Assembly: GCA_965263035.1 (NCBI GenBank)
Contig: OZ253580.1
Coordinates: forward strand, 2,208,001 to 2,272,000
Source of the DNA: Acidobacteriota bacterium
Lineage (GTDB): Bacteria; Acidobacteriota; UBA6911; RPQK01; JAJDTT01
Length of the DNA: 64,000 nt
Reading direction: 5' to 3'
Shown: one piece after another, positions 57,717 through 64,000 of the stretch
Position numbering within the stretch: the first letter of the stretch is position 1
Layout of the letters: every line of letters begins with the position of its first letter
Made by a program: the position numbers and the translations under genes
The notes under the pieces: generated by a model
Seen by the model: only the letters and a program-made list of their open reading frames with translations
What the model was told of the DNA's origin: nothing
The model's database searches: none

Positions 57717-58706
57717 TCAATCCCTGGGAGGCGACGTGACGGGGGGGCAGCGGATCAGGCGCTCCGCCAACTCCAGCGCGTCCACCGGCCAGAAACACTC
57801 CGGGCGAGGACGGAAGACGTTGGCCCGTCCGGCCGCGGGACGGCAGTTGAGCAGGCATTCGGTCCATTGTCCCGGAACGGCGTCCCGGCCGTAGACGGCG
57901 CCCAGAAGCGCCCCGCAGATGGCCGCGTTGGTGTCGGTGTCTCCGCCGCGCATGACCGTGTCCACCACCGCCTCCTTCAGATCCGGCGCATGGGTGAGCT
58001 GCCAGAGGGAGTTGCGGAACGCCGTCAGGACCCAGCCCTGTTGATGGATGTAGTCGGCGGGCGGCGCCACGGCGGCGCCGTGGACGGCGTCCAGCAGGCT
58101 GCGCTCCACCCCCATCTCCTCGGCCCAACCGGTGACGCGGCGATAGAGGTCCTGCGGCTCACATTCAGCACGGACGGCTTCGGCAATCGCCAGGGCGAAG
58201 AGGGCGTTGGCCTGCCGGCAGACCGGGTGCGGATGGGTGAGCGCCGCGTCCTGGCGCGCCCACTCGGCTACCTGCGGCAACTCATAGCGGGCTCCAAAGA
58301 TGCCCAACGGGCTGATCCTCATCAGGGCGCCGTTGGCCTGGCTGTCCGCGTTGGGCCGGCCCCGCAGACCCCGGGAGATCGTTCCGCCGCAATCGAAGGG
58401 ATCCGATTGCAGCCAGAAGACGTAGGCTTTCCTGGCTTCCCCGGGGTCGTACCTGCCCTGCTCCGCCAGCATCCGGGCCAGCGACAACGCCATCTCGGAG
58501 TCGTCGGTGGGTTGTCCGGCGATGGTGTTCCAGGTCCCTCCATTCGCCAGCTCCCGGACGCCTTCGGGATATTTCCTTCGGATCTCTTCCGGTGCCTGGA
58601 ACTCCACCAAGCTGCCCAGCGCGTCGCTGGCGAGTTGTCCCAGCAGGCACCCCTGTGCCCGGGCGAGGACGCCGGCGTCTAAGAATTCAGGCTTGATCCC
58701 GCTCAT
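57717..58706 (-). CDS. ADP-ribosylglycohydrolase (DraG/ARH family)
   Basis: SDALG, PTDDSEM, ANGALMR, LTHPH, GGDTDTNAAICGALLGA. Confidence 0.92.
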   Translation of the reverse strand: MSGIKPEFLDAGVLARAQGCLLGQLASDALGSLVEFQAPEEIRRKYPEGVRELANGGTWNTIAGQPTDDSEMALSLARMLAEQGRYDPGEARKAYVFWLQSDPFDCGGTISRGLRGRPNADSQANGALMRISPLGIFGARYELPQVAEWARQDAALTHPHPVCRQANALFALAIAEAVRAECEPQDLYRRVTGWAEEMGVERSLLDAVHGAAVAPPADYIHQQGWVLTAFRNSLWQLTHAPDLKEAVVDTVMRGGDTDTNAAICGALLGAVYGRDAVPGQWTECLLNCRPAAGRANVFRPRPECFWPVDALELAERLIRCPPVTSPPRD

Positions 58707-59045
58707 CGGTCCGGCTCGAACACACCTATCCCGCCAGAAAGTTCAGAAAAGTGTCCCGGCTCACTAACAGCTGGTTTCGTGCACTTGCCGATTCCTCGAA
58801 TAGGCAACTGCACACGCTCTCGGACAGCTCGTCCGCTGCTCCCGAGACCACATAGTCGACCCACGAGAATTAACGATGTGTCGCCTCGCCCATCGTGCCC
58901 TCTCAATTGGCACGGCCAACATGGTCGCCATGTCAGGGGCACGTTCCTTGATCTTCCGCAGGAGCGCCAGAAAGGGCACGTGTCGATGGGGTCCGACTCC
59001 ATCTTGCTTGACACGTGAGTATCGGACTTCAGGCCAACCGGCCTT

Positions 59046-59409
59046 TCAAATCGGTAGAACCCGTACCCGACTTCGCGCCTCGTCCACGACGACCAAAGCT
59101 CCAGAAGACAAGTCATCGGCATGTTGCTTGAGGGCAGCGACGATCAAACTTGCCAGATTCTCCGGCAATGCATCCTTAGAACGAACCTGAAGTACGCTGG
59201 CCCCCCTTGTGTGAGATAAAGCCAGCATGGCTCCGAAGTCGAGATCGTGACTCAATAACACATACTCCATGCTCCACAGCCCAATCCACAATGGTATGGT
59301 CGCTCGCTCGTGGATCACCTACGGTTGACCAATGGACCGCCGACCACTCGTCACTGGTCAGCACGGGAACCCAGTCGGGTGAGAGATTCATATCGATCAA
59401 GAGCTTCAC
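59046..59409 (-). pseudogene. DUF5615 PIN-like toxin with a +1 frameshift (~59266)
   Basis: (M)KLLIDMNLSP..DPRASDHTIVDWAVEHG, then continues in another frame as YVLLSHDLDFG..RVRVLPI. Confidence 0.82.
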
Positions 59410-59645
59410 GGGCGTGTTGAGATGGAAAGCGGAACTTCCCGTTCTTCCAATCTCCATGCCGCGTAGGCCAGGGATTGATCAATATCTTCTCGTTCCAGAT
59501 AAGGATATGCCTTCAGGATTTCGTCGGCCGATCGGCCTGCCGCCAACAACCCCACGACCGTGCCCACCGTCACGCGCAAACCTCGGATACACGGCTTGCC
59601 GCCCATCACAGCAGGATCGAAAGTGATTCGCGCAAATGCTTGCAT
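59406..59645 (-). CDS. DUF433 antitoxin
   Basis: RITFDPAVMGGKPCIRGLRVTV..YPYLEREDI. Confidence 0.92.
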   Translation of the reverse strand: MQAFARITFDPAVMGGKPCIRGLRVTVGTVVGLLAAGRSADEILKAYPYLEREDIDQSLAYAAWRLEEREVPLSISTRP

Positions 59646-59789
59646 GTTGGATCTCCGTCCGTTCAACACGACCCATGCGCTCCGGCGCACGGAGAAACCG
59701 ACCGTTTAGCGCTGCCTCGAGCAAAACGCGGATCAGGATCAGCGTATTCCCTGCGAACCAGTGAGTGGTTCTCGCGTGACCAGTACTAG

Positions 59790-59948
59790 GAGTCTGCGCG
59801 GTAGAAATGATCGTAGCGAGAAAGTGGGGAATCGAGGCCAGATTTTCTCGATTTTGAGGTGCATAGTTGTGCTATTCGCCGAGAAATCGGGGAAATATGG
59901 ACCGATTCTACCGCTTTCGCAGTAGATCAATTTCTGCGGCGCAGGCTC
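59790..59948 (-). mobile_element. 159-bp MITE (copy 2, inverted)
   Basis: Reverse complement of 31089-31247 with 4 substitutions; CTAG at 59786 and 59949. Confidence 0.9.
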
Positions 59949-60070
59949 CTAGATCCCATTTCGGGCCCGCAGAAAAAGCGTGGCTCCATGTATGTATTGA
60001 ATGATTCCGGTGAATGGACTCGGAGTGGGCGGCTGGAAGGTCGCCCCGCCAAGCCGTCCCTCCTGGCCCG

Positions 60071-63025
60071 TCAGTCGATGTAGAGGAACTCGTTGGTGAG
60101 GAACAGTAGTTGGCAGAAGCTTTCCAGAGCTTTCTTCTCCGCCGGTGCCTCCTCGGCGTTGGCTTTGAGATAGAGATCCTTCTGGCGAGCCAGATGCGCT
60201 CCGGCGATCTGGGCTTCCTCCGGTGAAGGCCGGCGGGAGAGAGCCAGCAGGTAGGCTTTCTCGATCGCCTCTTCCGGATCGCCTTTGGACAGGCCGGCGA
60301 CCCGCCGGGCAAAGGCCTGGGCGTTTTCGACGACGAAATCGCCGTTCATCAGCGTGAGGGACTGCAGCGGCGACACCGAGTTCATCCGCCGGCTGCAGTT
60401 GGTCTGCATGATGGGAGCATCGAAGGTCTCCAGGAAGCCCAGAGGGTAGTAGCGCCGCGCCAGAAGGTACACGCTGCGCCGCCATTGTCCCGCGGGTTTG
60501 GCGTCGGCCGGCTCGCCTGGCGCATCGGTGTGCGGGTTCAGTGTCTTCAGGCCGTCGGCCATCAAAGGACCCTCAACCGAAGGTCCTCCCATGGTCCAGT
60601 CCAGCGTGCCGCTGGTGGCCATGATGGAGTCCCGCAAGGTCTCCGCTTCCAACCGGCGCAGGTTCATGCGCCACAAGAGCCGGTTTCCCGGATCCACTTG
60701 GAGCGCGCGCGAGCCGGCCGGAAGCCCCTGGGTCGATTGCCGGTAGGCCGTGGAAGTCATGATCAGCCTGTGGAGCTTCTTGATGCTCCAGCCCCGGCGC
60801 ACGAACTCCACCGCCAGCCAATCCAGCAGCTCGGGATGGGATGGAGGCTTGCCCTGCTTCCCGAAATTGTCCTGGGTCTCCACGATGCCCCGCCCGAAAT
60901 GGTGCTGCCAGACCTGGTTCACGAACACCCGGGCGGTGAGAGGATGGTCGGGCCGGGTCAGCCAGCGCGCCAAGGCCAGACGGGCGCCGCTGGTCTCTCC
61001 CTTCGTCTCCGGGGGCCGGACCGCATCGGTCCCTCCGGGAGCACTCGCCACCTCCAGGAACCCCGGCCGGACCGGAGGTCCCGGACGCTCGACCTCGCCG
61101 CGCTGGAGCAGGCGAATCTTGGGCGGCGGCACCACTTCCCACAGGGCCTGGATCTTGTCCCAGGAACGGCGGTAACCGTTCAGAATTCGGATCCTTTCAA
61201 TCAACTTCTTGTGGGTCGCGAGGTGCTCCTCGTTCAGGGCTTTGACCACTTCCTCCGGAGTGACGGCCAGCTGTTCCTCGAATTTGGAGGCCAGGAACTT
61301 CTGCACTTCGTCCCGCTTGTCTTCGGGCGTGGCCAGGGCCTCTTTCGTCTCTTGGCGGATGTTTTCCGGCAGTTCCTTGAGCTTGGCGTCCAGCAGGCCG
61401 TCGCGGTAGGGGCGGTAGACCGCCTCGAGCCGCTCCTTGAGCTTGGCCACCGGCTTGTCGATCTCCGCGTTGTGGCGCTCGATTGTCTCCTGTTCCCGTT
61501 TGGAGACACTGGGCAGATGATGATTCTTGGGCTGCAGCCAGCGCACCGGGTTGTAGCCGGTGGCGAAGACGGACAGCATGCGGTAGTAGTCCCGCTGCGG
61601 GATGGGATCGTACTTGTGGCTGTGGCAGCGGGCACATCCCACGGTCAACCCCATCAGGCCGGTGGAGACCTTCTCCATCAGATGGAAGAGCACGTCGTAC
61701 CGCTCTCCCACCAGATTCACCACGTCCTGGTCGGTGCGGTCGAAGACGGAGCGCAGATAGCCCGTGGCGACCAGCTTGTCCAGGATTTCCGGCGTGTAAT
61801 TCTCGGCCGAGCGCCAGTCCACCAGCTCGTCACCGGCCAACTGCTCCACCAGGAACCGGTCGTAGGGCAGGTCCTGGTTGAAGGCCCGGATCACCCAGTC
61901 CCGGTAACGCCACATGCCGTCGATGACGATTACGGACTCGACGGCGGAGTCGAATCCGGTGACGTCGCTGTAGCCGGCCGCATCCAGCCAATGGCGGCCC
62001 CACCGCTCACCGTAGTGCTTCGACTCGAGCAGCGTATCGATGAGCCTCTCGTACGCATCCGGTCTCTCGTCCTCCAGATAGGCCCGGATGTCTTTCAGGG
62101 ACGGCGGCACCCCGATCAGATCCAACCAGGCGCGGCGCATCAACGTGAGCTTGGAGGCATCGGGCGAGAAACCGAGTCCCTCGGATTCGAGCCGCTTCAA
62201 CAGAAAGGCGTCAATCGGCGTGCGAACGCGCTTCCGGTTCTTGACCTGCGGGACGGGTGCGGCCACGGGCTTCCGGAAGGACCAGAATTGCCGGTCCTCT
62301 TCGGTCACCGGCGGCGCTTCGGCCGGGTTGAAGGTGGTGCGCTCCACGTGGGGCCGCAGGAGCCGGAAGTCCGAAGTGTCGATCCAGCGGGCCAGGGTCC
62401 GGATCTCACCGTCGTTCAGCGGCCGGCCCATGCCCGGGGGCGGCATCTCACGAGAGGTCACCTTGCGGATCAGGATGCTCTTGATGGAACCCAGGTCGGA
62501 GATCACGGGACCGCCCTCGCTTCCCTTCAACACCGACTGCACCGTGCGCAGGTCGAGCCCCCCCATGGGCTGGTCCGCGGCATGACAGTTGAAGCAACGG
62601 TCCTCGAAGATGGGAAGCGCCAAATCCTCGAACCTCGCGGTCTCCTGTTTCTTCTTGGCGGCGATGGCGGCTTCCTCATCCGAGGGGACACCCGCCTCGA
62701 TCCAGCGCCGGACGGTATCGATCTCCGAATCGGTCAGCTTCAGTTTGAAAGCGGGCGGCGGCATCATTCGCTGGGAGACCTTCTGGTAGAGCAGGCTTTC
62801 TTCGGGGGCGTGCTTCACCACTACCGGCCCCTCATGGCTGCCGCGCAGAATGGAGGTGGCCGTGCGCAGATCCAGCCCGACCATGGCGGTGCCGCCATGG
62901 CAACTGTAGCAATTGGTCTTGAAGATGGGCTCGACGTCCCGTTCAAAGCTGGGCTGCGCGAAGACGGCCGCCGTCGTCAACGCACCCATGATCGATAGCG
63001 GAACCAGCAGACGAGAAAGCTTCAC
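60071..63025 (-). CDS. PSD1 (DUF1549/DUF1553) protein with two Planctomycete-type cytochrome c domains
   Basis: GTG 63025 with signal peptide; CYSCH, CFNCH, CARCH; YGERWGRHWLD, PSHPELLDWLA, RRSVY, NEFLYID. Confidence 0.9.
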   Translation of the reverse strand: MKLSRLLVPLSIMGALTTAAVFAQPSFERDVEPIFKTNCYSCHGGTAMVGLDLRTATSILRGSHEGPVVVKHAPEESLLYQKVSQRMMPPPAFKLKLTDSEIDTVRRWIEAGVPSDEEAAIAAKKKQETARFEDLALPIFEDRCFNCHAADQPMGGLDLRTVQSVLKGSEGGPVISDLGSIKSILIRKVTSREMPPPGMGRPLNDGEIRTLARWIDTSDFRLLRPHVERTTFNPAEAPPVTEEDRQFWSFRKPVAAPVPQVKNRKRVRTPIDAFLLKRLESEGLGFSPDASKLTLMRRAWLDLIGVPPSLKDIRAYLEDERPDAYERLIDTLLESKHYGERWGRHWLDAAGYSDVTGFDSAVESVIVIDGMWRYRDWVIRAFNQDLPYDRFLVEQLAGDELVDWRSAENYTPEILDKLVATGYLRSVFDRTDQDVVNLVGERYDVLFHLMEKVSTGLMGLTVGCARCHSHKYDPIPQRDYYRMLSVFATGYNPVRWLQPKNHHLPSVSKREQETIERHNAEIDKPVAKLKERLEAVYRPYRDGLLDAKLKELPENIRQETKEALATPEDKRDEVQKFLASKFEEQLAVTPEEVVKALNEEHLATHKKLIERIRILNGYRRSWDKIQALWEVVPPPKIRLLQRGEVERPGPPVRPGFLEVASAPGGTDAVRPPETKGETSGARLALARWLTRPDHPLTARVFVNQVWQHHFGRGIVETQDNFGKQGKPPSHPELLDWLAVEFVRRGWSIKKLHRLIMTSTAYRQSTQGLPAGSRALQVDPGNRLLWRMNLRRLEAETLRDSIMATSGTLDWTMGGPSVEGPLMADGLKTLNPHTDAPGEPADAKPAGQWRRSVYLLARRYYPLGFLETFDAPIMQTNCSRRMNSVSPLQSLTLMNGDFVVENAQAFARRVAGLSKGDPEEAIEKAYLLALSRRPSPEEAQIAGAHLARQKDLYLKANAEEAPAEKKALESFCQLLFLTNEFLYID

Positions 63026-63027
63026 GG

Positions 63028-64000
63028 TCAAGCCTCCCGCGGAGGATTCTTGAGGATATCCGAGACGATGCGCGCGCCCGTGATGCTGGCGTTGGTGGGG
63101 GTTTCTTCCCGGCCCTCGTGCCGGACGGTCAGCCGCTTGTGATCGATTCCGAGCTGACGCAGCAGTGTGGCCTGCAGGTCGGCGACCCCGACGCGATTCA
63201 CCGTGGACCGGTAGCCGAACTCGTCGGTCGCTCCGTAGATCAGGCCCTCCTTGAAGCCGCCGCCGGCCAGCCAGAGGCTGAACGCGTTGCGGTTGTGGTC
63301 CCGGCCGTCGGAGTTCTGGGTGGTGGGAAGGCGGCCGAATTCGCCCGCCCACAGCAGGATCGTGCTCTCCATCAAGCCGCGGCTCTTCAGGTCTTTCAGC
63401 AATCCGGCGACCGGCTGGTCGGTCTTGGCGCAGATCTCGCTCAGTTTCTCCCTGAGCTTGGCGTGATTATCCCAGGGCTGTCCCGGTCCCGGATGGATCT
63501 GCACGAACCGGACGCCGGCCTCGATCAGGCGGCGCGCCATCAGGCAGCGCTGGCCGTAGCTGGCGGACACCGGGTTGTCTATCCCGTAGAGCTTCTTCGT
63601 TGCCTCCGATTCCTTGGAGACATCCAGGACGTCCGTCGCGGCCAGTTGCATGCGCGCGGCCAGCTCGTAGTTCTGGATGCGGGCCTCCAACTCCGAATCC
63701 CCAGGGTGGCGGCCCAGATGCAAGCGGTTCAGCTTGGCCAGAGTGTCGAGCTCCGCCCGCTGCGCGCCCGGAGGCGGGGGCACCCGGGGATGCAGGTGCC
63801 GGACCGGGGTCCCGCTGGAACTGAACTCCACCCCCTGGTAGAGCGCCGACAGGAAGCCGCTGGTCCAGAGCTGCTTGCCCAGCGTCGAGTACCCCTCCGG
63901 ATCGCGCAACACCACAAAGGAGGGGAGGTTCTGATTCTCCGTTCCCAGCGCGTACGACACCCAAGCCCCCAGCACCGGCCGTCCCGCGAAGATGCGGCAG
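63028..64000 (-). CDS. DUF1501 domain protein (3' part)
   Basis: YELAARMQ, CLMARRLIEAGVRFVQ, WDNH, GEFGRLP, GRDHN; the start lies beyond the window. Confidence 0.9.
   Translation of the reverse strand, partial: CRIFAGRPVLGAWVSYALGTENQNLPSFVVLRDPEGYSTLGKQLWTSGFLSALYQGVEFSSSGTPVRHLHPRVPPPPGAQRAELDTLAKLNRLHLGRHPGDSELEARIQNYELAARMQLAATDVLDVSKESEATKKLYGIDNPVSASYGQRCLMARRLIEAGVRFVQIHPGPGQPWDNHAKLREKLSEICAKTDQPVAGLLKDLKSRGLMESTILLWAGEFGRLPTTQNSDGRDHNRNAFSLWLAGGGFKEGLIYGATDEFGYRSTVNRVGVADLQATLLRQLGIDHKRLTVRHEGREETPTNASITGARIVSDILKNPPREA

Larger units (their letters stand above)
55330..57739 (+). pseudogene. Truncated antitoxin plus VapC toxin interrupted by IS3
   Basis: Antitoxin tail GPQRIG..LGQWLVDN..RREIPF (stop 55537); toxin MKGCLLDTNVISELTRTAP|APPVVAFL..DALIAGTA..LATRNVADF..NPW rejoins in frame when the IS and one CCGG are removed. 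Confidence 0.85.

Noticed and set aside
58710-59045. Possible gene between the ARH and DUF5615 genes
   Set aside because: Only short ORFs without recognisable motifs; possibly a decayed fragment, but I cannot support a call.

Overview
GC-rich bacterial chromosome window. The gene content (DUF1501/DUF1549-DUF1553 clusters at both ends, a giant Ig/Calx-beta autotransporter, an ankyrin+TPR protein, many TA modules) suggests an Acidobacteria/PVC-like lineage, possibly a host (sponge)-associated one; this is inference. Core and metabolic genes are interrupted by two accessory regions. (1) A tRNA-Asn-anchored region (~26.3-38.4 kb) holds three different mobile elements stacked end to end on shared CTAG sites (IS1182, IS1634, a 159-bp MITE), decayed TA pairs, an AAA+/DUF4143 ATPase, and an intact Gabija-like pair sitting between fossil fragments of an SNF2-DUF3883 helicase and a DUF1156 methylase. 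(2) A TA/Fic/ADP-ribosylglycohydrolase region (~53.2-59.9 kb) holds an oversized IS3. Most notable: an isocitrate dehydrogenase with a CxxC..CxxC insertion in the Ser113 regulatory loop; a lexA-imuA-imuB-dnaE2 cassette with a perfect 22-bp palindrome filling its promoter spacer (candidate new SOS box); a dispersed GTAG-type REP/REPIN family, one locus of which appears to be translated as the N-terminus of DnaE2; and damage to 5 of 7 TA toxins by different lesions. No CRISPR, rRNA, integrase or reverse transcriptase was seen. All family assignments come from motif recognition by eye, not from database searches.
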